IMG/VR virus record: IMGVR_UViG_3300028392_002123
Direction: 5' to 3' (one strand)
Length of the DNA stretch: 64,000 bases
From: a virus
Lineage: Duplodnaviria > Caudoviricetes
Position 1 is the stretch's first letter. Every line of letters begins with the position of its first letter. Shown here piece by piece: positions 52,064 through 61,947 of the stretch. The position numbers and the translations under genes are program-made. The notes below the pieces were generated by a model. That model did not search any database. It saw nothing but the letters and a program-made list of their open reading frames with translations, and was not told where the DNA came from.

Positions 52064-52527
52064 CTTGTTCTTGTCCTTTTAGCTCGGGGTTTAGATTTTG
52101 GTTGCCAATTGTTGTATATATCTTCTTCTGTGAGTATTCTAAATTTCATACCCATACGTTGACAAAAGGCTCTACATGCTTCCCACTTAGCCATATTTAA
52201 CACCACAGCCGCTTTTTCTTGTTGTGTAGTAGCTTCGCCTAATATTGCTTGTTTACGCGGCTTTACTTCGATGACTTCGCTGATTTTATTTCCATTCTTA
52301 TCTTGATAAGTGATTAAGAAGTCCGGAATATAAAATGTATTTCTGCCATCAAAAGGATTTCTATAAGGAACACGCAGACATTCACTGCCCCATCCTATAA
52401 CGGCAGGATGGTTATCACAGAATCGCATTACAGTTAATTCCCAGCCACTGCGATATTTAGGTGTTCCTTTACCTATGTACTTTTGAGGATTCTGTGGCGT
52501 AAATGCGCCTTGTAAATAGTTAGGCAT
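52060..52527 (-). CDS. Head completion nuclease (T4 gp4/TnsA-like)
   Basis: G.F.P.NP.KY.G, YRSGWE, YIPDF, EVKP, KWEA, F.ILTE. Confidence 0.88.
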   Translation of the reverse strand: MPNYLQGAFTPQNPQKYIGKGTPKYRSGWELTVMRFCDNHPAVIGWGSECLRVPYRNPFDGRNTFYIPDFLITYQDKNGNKISEVIEVKPRKQAILGEATTQQEKAAVVLNMAKWEACRAFCQRMGMKFRILTEEDIYNNWQPKSKPRAKRTRTR

Positions 52528-52811
52528 TATACTATCTGCGATTTAATTACAGGCGGAACATTGTTTATATCAATATAACCTATTTGACTGCTATTTGTAC
52601 GAGTGCTGTTTAATGCTCGATAAATGTTAGTGTCAAATCTAATGCCGTTGGTAGAAACATTCTTTAGTAACTCGTCGGTTGATACGCCTGTGTCATGACT
52701 AATAGTCAGTATCATTTTAGCTAAAGCCTTGGCTGCTGTTGTACTAACATTTTTTCCCAGTAACTTTCCATAGACAACATCAAACAATGTTGTTTCAATT
52801 GCATTACTCAT
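52527..52811 (-). CDS. Hypothetical protein
   Basis: Coupled in the tail operon. Confidence 0.65.
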   Translation of the reverse strand: MSNAIETTLFDVVYGKLLGKNVSTTAAKALAKMILTISHDTGVSTDELLKNVSTNGIRFDTNIYRALNSTRTNSSQIGYIDINNVPPVIKSQIV

Positions 52812-53418
52812 TTGTTGCTCCTGTAACAGGATTTTCTACAGAATAAGTGATAGCTTCGAATCTAACAGAAATAGTCCATGTAACTGCTTCGCTGGCAGCA
52901 TAATCTAAATTGTCATGCTGTACATCAACAATCTTTGGACGCCATAGTGTAATTGTACTTGTGTTATCTCTGTAAAATTTCACAATTTCTATTTTTTCAA
53001 AAACTGTGTCACCCATGTCTGGACGAATTTTAAGACCAAATCCATCCAGGCCTGTTCGCATAGTTTTCATACTTGTGGCTACTTGAATCGGGTCAAAGTT
53101 TGAACTAACGTCGTTGAGATATGTTGTTAAGAATGATTGAAATTTATTGTCTGTTGTATCGTTAAAAGCAATAGTAATAGGATCAAATTGAACCTTGGTA
53201 GGAACTAACTGTCTTACGTTCCAAGAATTAATTACTTCTGTTTCTATGTTATAACGTGGTAGTTCAATGGTCCTTAGGGCCTTGACTGTCATTTTAGATT
53301 GTTCTTGTAATGTTGTGTTAGATTTAGAATAGAAAGTAACATCAAATAGGTACTTCGGGCGAATCAATTGTTCGCCCGGAGACCCCGACCATTCCATTGC
53401 TTGGGTTATAGCGGCCAT
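52804..53418 (-). CDS. Tail tube-like / tube initiator protein
   Basis: ELPRY.I.T...N.WN...P.K..FDPITI.F.D...LDYA.SE....TI...FE. Confidence 0.75.
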   Translation of the reverse strand: MAAITQAMEWSGSPGEQLIRPKYLFDVTFYSKSNTTLQEQSKMTVKALRTIELPRYNIETEVINSWNVRQLVPTKVQFDPITIAFNDTTDNKFQSFLTTYLNDVSSNFDPIQVATSMKTMRTGLDGFGLKIRPDMGDTVFEKIEIVKFYRDNTSTITLWRPKIVDVQHDNLDYAASEAVTWTISVRFEAITYSVENPVTGATNE

Positions 53419-53428
53419 AGGCTACCTA

Positions 53429-54058
53429 TTAACCTCTTAGTGCGTTAGAACCTAGACCTGATAATATTGGCGATGGGCCTAATACTCCATTAGTTAAAGC
53501 GCCTTGCTCAAATTCGCTAGGTTGTTCAACATTATGAATATCTGCAGAATCAAAACGTATCTGTAAAGTTACTTGCATTACATCACTGGTAGCATAGTTG
53601 TTTTCGCCATAGTTAACGTTTTGAATGAAACAACCATTCAAACTCCATGTTTCAATAACTGTAGCAGGTTGTGCGCCATCTAACTGCTCTACTAAAATAC
53701 CAAACTTGTATTGACTTGCAGTAGCCGGAGCACTTTGTAAACCATGATTCAATTGTTTTTGTAATTGTGAAGACACGTGTCTATGTACATTATTATTGAT
53801 ATCATCTCTTAATGTAATAGTTATCGGCTCCCATGTGTGTTTACCAGCCACATAAGCGCGGCTGTTGTATGCATCGATGGTTATTTCGTCATGTGTTAAA
53901 CTTGGACGAGTCACGCTGACTACGTTCTGTGTGAAGTCTGAACTACTAGTATCTGCGCCAAATTGTATCATTTTGACACGGAATCTGTACTGTAGTTTCG
54001 GCATCACAATAGTTGAACCTGTATCAGTTGGAACGCCAAATTGTGTTAAATCTGCCAT
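53429..54058 (-). CDS. Tail tube protein (gp19-like)
   Basis: PKLQYRFRV, VTRPSL, AGK.TWEPITITLRDD, W.L.GCF...YGE..Y. Confidence 0.9.
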   Translation of the reverse strand: MADLTQFGVPTDTGSTIVMPKLQYRFRVKMIQFGADTSSSDFTQNVVSVTRPSLTHDEITIDAYNSRAYVAGKHTWEPITITLRDDINNNVHRHVSSQLQKQLNHGLQSAPATASQYKFGILVEQLDGAQPATVIETWSLNGCFIQNVNYGENNYATSDVMQVTLQIRFDSADIHNVEQPSEFEQGALTNGVLGPSPILSGLGSNALRG

Positions 54059-54091
54059 GTATTTTCTCCTTGGTCTATTGTTATTTAGCTA

Positions 54092-56491
54092 TTATTTGGT
54101 CGTTCCTAATTCGCCGGTATTAACCACGCGGATTGGAATATAGATAAATTCAGCGGCTTTAGTTGGTTCAATAGCAACATCAATCCATAATTCGTTTTTA
54201 TCTATTTTAGCTGGTGTGTTGTTTGTTTCATCACAAACAACGATAAAGTCATATATGGCTCTCTTGGCCAACATATCTGATAAGAATGCGTCAAACACAG
54301 ATTTAGCGTTAGTGCGTGTGATCTTATCGTTGGGTTCGAAAATAAACGGACGAGCTAATGGATCGAAACGTTCACGTAAGTAAGCCAATAAGCGACCTAC
54401 GTTAATTCTGTCCAATGCTGTAGAAGCGTATTGTAAAGTTTTCTGACCGAATACATATAAGCCTTGTCCAGGGAAGTTAGCCAATGGGTTAAGTCTGTTT
54501 GCATACAATGTATCACGTTGACCACCTGTTAATGCTACTGGAATAAATTCGCCGTCCATGTTAACATAGCCCACGTTCGAAGCATTAGTAATAACACCGC
54601 GTGTTAAACCTGCAGGTGCAAACCATGGATAACTAACTTGGTCATTGTATGCCATTGTTCTTAGTACAACATGACTTGCTGGAACAACTACATCATTGCC
54701 CATTAAATCTGTTGTGATTGCGCTTGGGTAGTAAGCGGCACAAGTACTTTCGGCACTGATTAAACCATCTTCGCCGTTTGAGCCAGCATTAACACCTGTT
54801 GCCCAATCAATGATTTCTTGACCAGCTGGTGCTAAACGTAATGGAGTATCAATGATGATAAACGCTGTTTCTTTACGGTCAACGTTTAATGTTACCATTT
54901 CGTCTGTTAACTCTGGATAACCAGGAGCGGCAATCAATGTAAAATATACTGTTTCTTCACGGATCTTTGTGTTGTTAGTCACAGCGGCCTGCATAGCTTT
55001 AACTACTGCACGACGTTGTGCTTTGCGTAACATATAAGGTTGGCCAGCTTTAGGACCTGCATCATAGTTACCACTGTATGAATGCCATTTACCAGTCATA
55101 GCATCGTATTGTTTGACGTTGCCAGTGCTTACCATAGTGTTCCATAATAGCATATCTTCCGGATGGAATGCTGGATCTGGTGCTTCCATATCGATGGCTG
55201 TTGCGCCGCCGCCATTAGACGTATCACCTGCTGTTGCTGTTAAATCAGCAAAGATTACACCATTAGGTGTAGATTGATCAGCTGTGTCTCGCTCGACCCA
55301 AACTGAACCACTGTAAACAAATATTCTTGGATAATTTTCTAAGTCACTGGTATCAACCCAAACATCATTGGTGTTAGGAGATACAGGTGCGCTGGAATCA
55401 ACTGTTACATTAGTAGTAACTGGTTGCCATTTACCGTTGGCCTTTTTATACAAGTCAACTGTTAGGTTTGAGTTATACCATAGTGCGCCATCTACTGGTG
55501 CTCCAACTGGTGCAGTATAATGTGCTTCATAGGAATTAGAACTGGCTAGATCAGTCCATGCTGTTCCGTTATAGATTTTTAATTCAAATGCTACAAGGCC
55601 ACCGCCTGCAACTTTTACATACATGTCGCCGTTGTTTAATGAAGCGCCGTAGCCAGTTGTTGCATGGGCATCATCTTGATATTGTGGCATATCTTGTGCG
55701 ATCCACTGACGTGTTGTTGAATTATATTTCTTAACAACAACTTTCAATCCGTGATTTGGAGTTGTTGTTTGAATCCATACATCACCGGTGTTGCCTATTG
55801 CTGGTACTGTTGTACCTAGTTTATAGTGTGGTTGTGCATAAACAGCAATACCCAATGATGTGTTTACTGCAACCCATGTGCCAGCTGTTTTTCTATATAG
55901 TGTATTAGGAGGATTGCCACCACCTGCATACAAAGATACAGCGTAGTTACCGTTGGCGCCAAAACTATCTAATGGCTTTTTAATACCGTCTACTTGTGCT
56001 TGACTTGGAATTAATACAGTTTTAGTAGCCCATACTGTGCCATTCCATTCTTTTACACCCCATACTGTGTCAGCTAGATCTAACCAGTATGTTCCGTTAG
56101 TTGGTGCGCCAGCTGGTTCGTGTGTAGATGATTCAAGTTGACTTAAATCAACATCTGCACGTAGAACATAAGCACGATTTGCAAGACCTAAGAAACTGTA
56201 AGCGGCCATTAAACCGTATTCGTTTACTTCTGATCCGTGTACCGGAGTTCCGTCTACTACAGTAAACATCGGCGCTCCGAATTTTTCAATTAGTTCACGC
56301 TGACTAGTTAACAAATATGGTTTATTTGCATTGGAAGGCATTGTGCCTTCAGCATAGCCACTGCCACTAACATTTGGTTTGTTTGATTCAGTTGCTAAGA
56401 TAATTAATGGGACTGTTCCTTGGGAACCGGATCCATATGCGCTTTCGTCGATTACGCTGACTGCTACGCCTGGGGATACTAAATTGGCCAT
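54092..56491 (-). CDS. Contractile tail sheath protein (gp18-like) with a large insertion domain
   Basis: LVSPGV.VS..DES, WFAPAGLTRG, LYANRLNP, FGQKT, DRINV.RL, FIFEPND, P.KA.EFIYIP. Confidence 0.95.
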   Translation of the reverse strand: MANLVSPGVAVSVIDESAYGSGSQGTVPLIILATESNKPNVSGSGYAEGTMPSNANKPYLLTSQRELIEKFGAPMFTVVDGTPVHGSEVNEYGLMAAYSFLGLANRAYVLRADVDLSQLESSTHEPAGAPTNGTYWLDLADTVWGVKEWNGTVWATKTVLIPSQAQVDGIKKPLDSFGANGNYAVSLYAGGGNPPNTLYRKTAGTWVAVNTSLGIAVYAQPHYKLGTTVPAIGNTGDVWIQTTTPNHGLKVVVKKYNSTTRQWIAQDMPQYQDDAHATTGYGASLNNGDMYVKVAGGGLVAFELKIYNGTAWTDLASSNSYEAHYTAPVGAPVDGALWYNSNLTVDLYKKANGKWQPVTTNVTVDSSAPVSPNTNDVWVDTSDLENYPRIFVYSGSVWVERDTADQSTPNGVIFADLTATAGDTSNGGGATAIDMEAPDPAFHPEDMLLWNTMVSTGNVKQYDAMTGKWHSYSGNYDAGPKAGQPYMLRKAQRRAVVKAMQAAVTNNTKIREETVYFTLIAAPGYPELTDEMVTLNVDRKETAFIIIDTPLRLAPAGQEIIDWATGVNAGSNGEDGLISAESTCAAYYPSAITTDLMGNDVVVPASHVVLRTMAYNDQVSYPWFAPAGLTRGVITNASNVGYVNMDGEFIPVALTGGQRDTLYANRLNPLANFPGQGLYVFGQKTLQYASTALDRINVGRLLAYLRERFDPLARPFIFEPNDKITRTNAKSVFDAFLSDMLAKRAIYDFIVVCDETNNTPAKIDKNELWIDVAIEPTKAAEFIYIPIRVVNTGELGTTK

Positions 56492-56503
56492 TGTTATTCT
56501 CCT

Positions 56504-56533
56504 TAATTGGTTAAGTATATTTACCAATTAGAG
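56504..56533 (-). promoter_or_regulatory. Late motif within a hairpin abutting the sheath RBS
   Basis: TAATTGGT/ACCAATTA stem around TAAATA (56523-56518). Confidence 0.55.
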
Positions 56534-56558
56534 TTGAAATAGGGCTATTTAGCGAAAA

Positions 56559-57206
56559 TCAAGAAATCAACGAATCAGGATGCACCAGTTTTTCTACTTG
56601 GGAAAACAAATTATCTAAAGTACCATTATTGTCAATTACATGATCAAATGCTGTTCCTACCCATGCTGTTTCACTGGCATGTATTTTAAGTTTTTCTAAC
56701 TTACTGTTGCCCAGGGCCCAGCCGAGGTGTCTATCACCTTTGTTGGCATTTACTGCATCTTCATACCACTCAGGTTCTGCGCCGCGTACTACACGAATAA
56801 CAATGCCTCCTGCATTTTTAATTGATTTGATTTCATTGGGAAAACGACAGTCTGATATTACAATGTCGTCTCGACTGTTACGCAGTTTATTTTCTAAACT
56901 GGCAATCCAAATGTCATCATTGAACCCTCGACGACAAACTTCTGTGCCCCAGTATTGTAAGACCCAACGCGGAGTTAAATGAGGCATGTTTAGTCGTTCT
57001 GCCCACCATGGATCTACTTGTTCGCGCCATTCACGTGCTTGTTTAGTGCGACCTTCTAGTAATTCTCGGTCCCAACCAAATACCGCGGCTACAGCATCTT
57101 TTAATGTGTTGGCAAAACTTTCGCGCCTAAATTCATGACTGTTAACAAGATAGTCTGCTATAGTGTCTTTGCCACTGCCGATAAATCCACAAATACCAAT
57201 GATCAT
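56559..57206 (-). CDS. Deoxynucleoside monophosphate kinase (T4 gp1-like)
   Basis: IIGICGFIGSGKDT, FA..LK, PR..LQ..GTE, ISDCRF.NE, H.SE. Confidence 0.92.
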   Translation of the reverse strand: MIIGICGFIGSGKDTIADYLVNSHEFRRESFANTLKDAVAAVFGWDRELLEGRTKQAREWREQVDPWWAERLNMPHLTPRWVLQYWGTEVCRRGFNDDIWIASLENKLRNSRDDIVISDCRFPNEIKSIKNAGGIVIRVVRGAEPEWYEDAVNANKGDRHLGWALGNSKLEKLKIHASETAWVGTAFDHVIDNNGTLDNLFSQVEKLVHPDSLIS

Positions 57207-57691
57207 TTTAATGTTTCCTCTAACCATAGTTTACATTCAGGCCATTCTTTATACTGGTGGCAGATACCACCGGCCTCCGTCCATTGCTGATAATTAGACA
57301 GTCTATCGTCTATTAAAATATCTCCGGGCTGACAACGATATGCCTTATCCTTGCTATAAGGACCAAAGAATACAGGAACTCCGGGAAAGTAAAAGTTTGC
57401 CCAATGTACTTTGTCTTGGAATGCCCAAGGACAGTCGTTGCCATTTGGTACTGCTGTTAAAAAAGCAACAAATACATTTTCGTGTGTTTTTTGATAATTA
57501 AGAATCCATTCGACTAGTTCGTTGCCGCCTCGTCGAACTTCTAAATGCCTATATATTCTACCAGCTTTTCTTAGTTCCTGCCATTTTTCATCAGGAACTC
57601 TTTCCAGTCTTTCATCCCAGTCGCCGATAATCTTTTTAGCGGCAGATTTCCAATCGGCCACGACTTCATCCATGTCAATGTAAATATTCAT
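57203..57691 (-). CDS. 5'(3')-deoxyribonucleotidase (HAD, NT5C-like)
   Basis: YIDMDEVVAD, FLTA, K..W, ILIDD..N...W...GG. Confidence 0.85.
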   Translation of the reverse strand: MNIYIDMDEVVADWKSAAKKIIGDWDERLERVPDEKWQELRKAGRIYRHLEVRRGGNELVEWILNYQKTHENVFVAFLTAVPNGNDCPWAFQDKVHWANFYFPGVPVFFGPYSKDKAYRCQPGDILIDDRLSNYQQWTEAGGICHQYKEWPECKLWLEETLK

Positions 57692-57697
57692 ACTAGT

Positions 57698-57726
57698 AGT
57701 ATATAGTCGTGTAATCTACTTGTAAA
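57698..57726 (-). promoter_or_regulatory. sigma70 promoter 6 nt before ATG (probably leaderless)
   Basis: TTTACA, 17 bp, TATACT. Confidence 0.65.
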
Positions 57727-57734
57727 GAGATTTT

Positions 57735-58025
57735 TTATTTTTTAGGCTCGGGATTTTCACCAGTTAGCATTGGTCTGGCAAACCATAATTTAAACCATTC
57801 ATCAGTGCCAGGTTTAATGTCGTGCTTTTTTTGATACTCACCTTTTTCGGTGCCAATAGATCCATCAATCGGACTATCTCCAGATCGTTCCATTAGACCT
57901 AAAGTATCTATTCCTGCGAGTTTTTTTATTCTGGCTAGTTCACTTGGATCAACATAAGCATCAGGAATAGTAGGATCGTCACCACTGGTGCGAAAAGTTT
58001 CGCTGGTAATTCTATGCTGTTTCAT
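57735..58025 (-). CDS. Conserved small protein (I.PGT.EWF.LWF family)
   Basis: LARIKKLAG motif; coupled to gp13. Confidence 0.7.
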   Translation of the reverse strand: MKQHRITSETFRTSGDDPTIPDAYVDPSELARIKKLAGIDTLGLMERSGDSPIDGSIGTEKGEYQKKHDIKPGTDEWFKLWFARPMLTGENPEPKK

Positions 58026-58765
58026 CCGATGATAAATCCTACTGGGGTAGATCCATCAACATAAGTTCTTAGATCTTCTTCTAGTTTATCCATTTCAGCT
58101 TGAGCTTCGTTCTTTAAGTTATCACCGTTCAAACTTGTTCCGCCTTGCGGACCAGCAATAGTACTAAATTTACTACGTGCTTCTCCTAGGTAAAATTTGG
58201 CCTGAGCAAATGCATAGTCTTTGATCCAAACACCTGCATACACATCATTCATGATATCATCATCGGCACGTTCGATATCGCACCATAGCCACACTTCGTC
58301 ATCGGCATTAAATTTTCTATGAATAAACAATGTCTTGTCTGTTCTGTTCCATGTAAATGTAACGTATGCTCCGAACATACGAGCAATTAGTGCTCGTCTA
58401 TCTGCATACATTTCGTAGTTGACAAGATTCTGTCCCATGCCGCCACCTTGTAACATTAGGTTACTCAAATAAACAGCATTAAATGGTTCGAAGTCTACGC
58501 CTGTGCCACTGCTTAAACTTCCTTGGAATCGTTTGATAACTTCGCGTACATTAACAACATTGCCGGGGATTTGATAAGTTTGTTGGTATGTAAAAATTTC
58601 TAAAGGAATAAATGTTTCAAGTACAGCATTGGTTGCTCGTTGACGATACTTTCTAAGGGCTCTAGTCATGGCTAATTCATAGTGGCCTAAATCTAGCTCG
58701 ACATCTACCATGCCGCCGCCCAGTCTTAGTTCTATTTCTTTAATTAATTCGTCTTTTACACTCAT
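58022..58765 (-). CDS. Neck protein (T4 gp13-like adaptor)
   Basis: LRLG...VDVEL, W.KDY..A..K..LGE.RSKF..I.GPQGG.SLNG..L. Confidence 0.85.
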   Translation of the reverse strand: MSVKDELIKEIELRLGGGMVDVELDLGHYELAMTRALRKYRQRATNAVLETFIPLEIFTYQQTYQIPGNVVNVREVIKRFQGSLSSGTGVDFEPFNAVYLSNLMLQGGGMGQNLVNYEMYADRRALIARMFGAYVTFTWNRTDKTLFIHRKFNADDEVWLWCDIERADDDIMNDVYAGVWIKDYAFAQAKFYLGEARSKFSTIAGPQGGTSLNGDNLKNEAQAEMDKLEEDLRTYVDGSTPVGFIIG

Positions 58766-58769
58766 GGAA

Positions 58770-58800
58770 AATCTCCTACTAGTATATTTAGCAGGAGATT
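58770..58800 (-). promoter_or_regulatory. RBS-occluding hairpin with the late motif in its loop
   Basis: AATCTCCT / AGGAGATT 8-bp stem; loop contains TAAATA; 3' arm is the gp13 SD. Confidence 0.75.
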
Positions 58801-58805
58801 GAAGT

Positions 58806-60182
58806 TTAATTTAAAGGAATTTTGATACTACATTTACTGGTGTTAAACAAAGGATCTGTCATGTCACGCTCACAGCCTGCTACAAAAGGCACTAAGTTAA
58901 GTTTATCTTTTGTCAGTTTTAACTGTGGACTAATAGCGCCTTCGCTCATTCCCAAATCTCGATCCAAGGAATAGATCTGTGTTACTGCCAAAGTTACGGC
59001 ATCAATCTTCTTAACAGTCATTACTCCGGGCCAGTTACCACCACTGTGGTCAACATAAAAACTGCCGTCTTTATAAAGAATATCTAAAGGGCTTGCTTGA
59101 TAGCCTACTTGTAATGGAAGATATGTGGGAGCGACTGAGCTAAAATTTCCATTACCCGGATTTTTATACCATGCTACTTTGTCGCCAACTGCAACCAAAT
59201 CAATGCGTCCATTTTCTGTGGGTATTAAGTATGTCCAGTATACGTGAATCGATGACCCAACATCTGTGACCATACTAGCTGGCATCCTGGTATAATCTTT
59301 TGTAAAAGTACCATCGCCATTGCCCATTAAGAAATAAGGACGATAGTCTTCGGAGGGATTTGTATTACCCCAGCTGGCATTTACTGTGGCTACGTCTGCT
59401 TTACCGTCACCATTAATATCTGCTGTACTGGCATGATGCCCGTAAATTTTACCAGGAACTACGATTCGTTTGTATGTGCCGTCAACTTGACTTAAAAAGA
59501 CTATCTGATCATCGAACATGATATTTCGCCAAGTACTGGGAAATATTTGATCAATTGACTGTCCTGTAATTGTATCGCCTGCACCAAAACTATAATCAAT
59601 GCCATGACAGCTTACAAACAGGTCAGGTTTAGAATCATTGTTAAAGTCGGCTACGGCTGTATAACTATGACTTACACAAGTATAACGATCGCTTTCATTG
59701 GGCAACAATGTCGATGTTTTATCAACCCACTTGCCGTTTATAAATTTAGCAAAGTATACTTTATTTGGAGCATCTACAATTGGTTTATTTTTCAAATAAC
59801 TATCATGAACTCCTGTTCGACGCCATGTTGTTAAAAAGGCGCTGTAAGTACCGTCTTGGAAAAAGTCTCCGAACGCCAAACTCCTATCATTGACCACACC
59901 TCCATTGCAACCAGTTGTGTTGCAGCCTGCAGATTTTTCTGCATCACTAAAGATCCAACCATTAGCGTCCCTTAGCAGTCTAAACGAAGGCAATTGCACA
60001 CTATCAGTGATAATCAAATTTTTATTATTATAAGAAGTCAGCGATACACTTAGTTTATTGTTACTAGGCGGATTACTAGTAGTATTTACATTATCCGATG
60101 GAGCAGTAATACCACCGCCTCCGCCTCCGCCACAGCCGGTAAGAGCCGTGGTAATAGCTACCAACAGTAACAATTTATTCAT
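58806..60182 (-). CDS. FG-GAP/VCBS-repeat lipoprotein
   Basis: MNKLLLLVAITTALTGC lipobox and poly-Gly; ADFNNDSKPDL, ADINGDGKADV repeats; start moved to 60182. Confidence 0.8.
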   Translation of the reverse strand: MNKLLLLVAITTALTGCGGGGGGGITAPSDNVNTTSNPPSNNKLSVSLTSYNNKNLIITDSVQLPSFRLLRDANGWIFSDAEKSAGCNTTGCNGGVVNDRSLAFGDFFQDGTYSAFLTTWRRTGVHDSYLKNKPIVDAPNKVYFAKFINGKWVDKTSTLLPNESDRYTCVSHSYTAVADFNNDSKPDLFVSCHGIDYSFGAGDTITGQSIDQIFPSTWRNIMFDDQIVFLSQVDGTYKRIVVPGKIYGHHASTADINGDGKADVATVNASWGNTNPSEDYRPYFLMGNGDGTFTKDYTRMPASMVTDVGSSIHVYWTYLIPTENGRIDLVAVGDKVAWYKNPGNGNFSSVAPTYLPLQVGYQASPLDILYKDGSFYVDHSGGNWPGVMTVKKIDAVTLAVTQIYSLDRDLGMSEGAISPQLKLTKDKLNLVPFVAGCERDMTDPLFNTSKCSIKIPLN

Positions 60183-60192
60183 TTTAAACCTT

Positions 60193-61398
60193 TTACTTGT
60201 ATGCTTTGAGCAATACAATGTCTGCGTTAATACGACCGTTAAGTTTAGTTTCTGTGGCTCGAACACCTTTAAACCATTTCTTTGCGGCGGGCTTACCATT
60301 GCTGGATAATTCCTTTAGTTGATCTGCAGGTTTGCGTAGAGTTTTTTGCACACTGGCCGCGGCATCAAATCCTGTGATCGTTTTACCTTTGACTGCTAAA
60401 GTACCAGCATATTGATCCACAATGTAGATGCCTAGTTTTCTATTCTTTGTGTTATAAACCCAAAGTTCTTGAGCACTAAGAATTTGTGTAGGTTCCACAC
60501 TTTTGAGTTTAAGGTCAGCAAACTCTTTAAGATACACTAACTTACTAACAATCTTCTCAGGCGGAACAGCCTTTTTCTTACGAGGTGTTTTACTGGCTTT
60601 TTTAACAATGTTATAACTGTTGGCATCTGCCAAGGCCTGTTGCCACCATTTAATAATGGCATTCAATTGGCGCTTGCCCAAGTGCTTGTATGCTTCCAGC
60701 AATTGGCTATCTTTTGTAGTAAGAATTTCTTCGTACTCATCGATTCTACGCTCGAAGAAACTTTGAGTAGATTTCAGTTGAGCAGGTTGAATATTAAATT
60801 GTACAAACAAATCAACTAGTTTCGGATCACCTTTGAAATCATTGGCAGTGATAAAGTCATCAAAACGACCTTCAACTTCTCCTAGACATTCGCTCATTTT
60901 TTCATTGAGACGATCTTGGATGTTAGGAGCCTTGGCTTTAACTTCGACTTTTTCTTTTACTTCAGGTTTTAGATTTTTTAATTGTTTTTCAGCGACCTTA
61001 AGATGTTTAATCAAAGTACGCAGACTGCCAAAGCGTAGTTTCAATCCAACACGAGCGGCTCGAAATGCAAAGCCAGCAGTACTGCCTGGCCAAGCTTCAC
61101 CTCGTTTAATTGCTTCTGCTAGGGCCGCACGTCGAGGATTACGAATCAGGAATTGATGCACCCACTCTGCACTCTTTTTGGCATCCTGTGTATAACTGTA
61201 CCAATTTAATGTTTTTAACAGTTGAGTTTGATACTCGCTGTTAGTCCAAGCATCTTGTTCTTCCACAGAAGGATAACGGGGTTCATCGCCTACATACTTA
61301 CTGTCAGCGTCCCTGTACATCAAGGGCTTTGCAGGATCGGCAAAGCGCCATGCAATTTTTGTATCAGTGTTTTTAACAGCCGGTTTTCGAATAGCCAT
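60193..61398 (-). CDS. Conserved hypothetical protein of large T4-like phages
   Basis: C-terminus LWVYNTKNRKL...KTLRKP...LNGRIN; consensus promoter at 61445-61417. Confidence 0.75.
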   Translation of the reverse strand: MAIRKPAVKNTDTKIAWRFADPAKPLMYRDADSKYVGDEPRYPSVEEQDAWTNSEYQTQLLKTLNWYSYTQDAKKSAEWVHQFLIRNPRRAALAEAIKRGEAWPGSTAGFAFRAARVGLKLRFGSLRTLIKHLKVAEKQLKNLKPEVKEKVEVKAKAPNIQDRLNEKMSECLGEVEGRFDDFITANDFKGDPKLVDLFVQFNIQPAQLKSTQSFFERRIDEYEEILTTKDSQLLEAYKHLGKRQLNAIIKWWQQALADANSYNIVKKASKTPRKKKAVPPEKIVSKLVYLKEFADLKLKSVEPTQILSAQELWVYNTKNRKLGIYIVDQYAGTLAVKGKTITGFDAAASVQKTLRKPADQLKELSSNGKPAAKKWFKGVRATETKLNGRINADIVLLKAYK

Positions 61399-61447
61399 AT
61401 ATCCTCCAAAAAATTAATTATAGCAGAATGTTAGTTATTTGTCAATT

Positions 61448-61876
61448 TCACTGATTTACGACAGCCCACAGTTTATTGGCCAAAACCATTTGCTGACTCC
61501 ATGCTTGGATTTCCCAAGGACGGTTATAATAACTTGCAACAACCTTTTTTCCCAACCAAAAAGGTGTTTCCTTGCCTCTGATATATTTCCATTGCAGTTT
61601 ACCCGAAGCCAATTGCTTGATATGCACCATTTCGTGGGCCAGGGTTTCCACCATTTTTTCTATGTCTAAACGACTGTCTAAAATTACTACTAAAGTATTA
61701 TCAGGCAACTTGCTAGCCATACCCCTAGCACCTTCTTCTGCGATCAAATTTTTCTTGGTAGAAATTAGTAGTTTATGCTTAAATTTTTCAAGTTTAAGTT
61801 CTTTGATAAACAAAGCAGTCGCGGCTTCTAAGAAGGCACGTTTGCCACTGTTGCGTAGGAGTATTTCTGTGTTCAT
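61448..61876 (-). CDS. Zincin-like metallopeptidase (HExxH)
   Basis: TLAHEMVH..Q...PWEIQA; promoter TTGACA-17-TATAAT at 61911-61883. Confidence 0.75.
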   Translation of the reverse strand: MNTEILLRNSGKRAFLEAATALFIKELKLEKFKHKLLISTKKNLIAEEGARGMASKLPDNTLVVILDSRLDIEKMVETLAHEMVHIKQLASGKLQWKYIRGKETPFWLGKKVVASYYNRPWEIQAWSQQMVLANKLWAVVNQ

Positions 61877-61947
61877 GTGTTAATTATACAATAAACGGGA
61901 TTTACTGTCAATTTTTTGATTTAAGTTTTTCAGGTAAATAGTAGACT

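Noticed and set aside
57709-57726. Third Pho-like box (GTGTAAT-CTAC-TTGTAAA) at the nucleotidase promoter
   Set aside because: It is oriented opposite to the gene, and one half-site is simply the reverse complement of the TTTACA -35, so coincidence is likely
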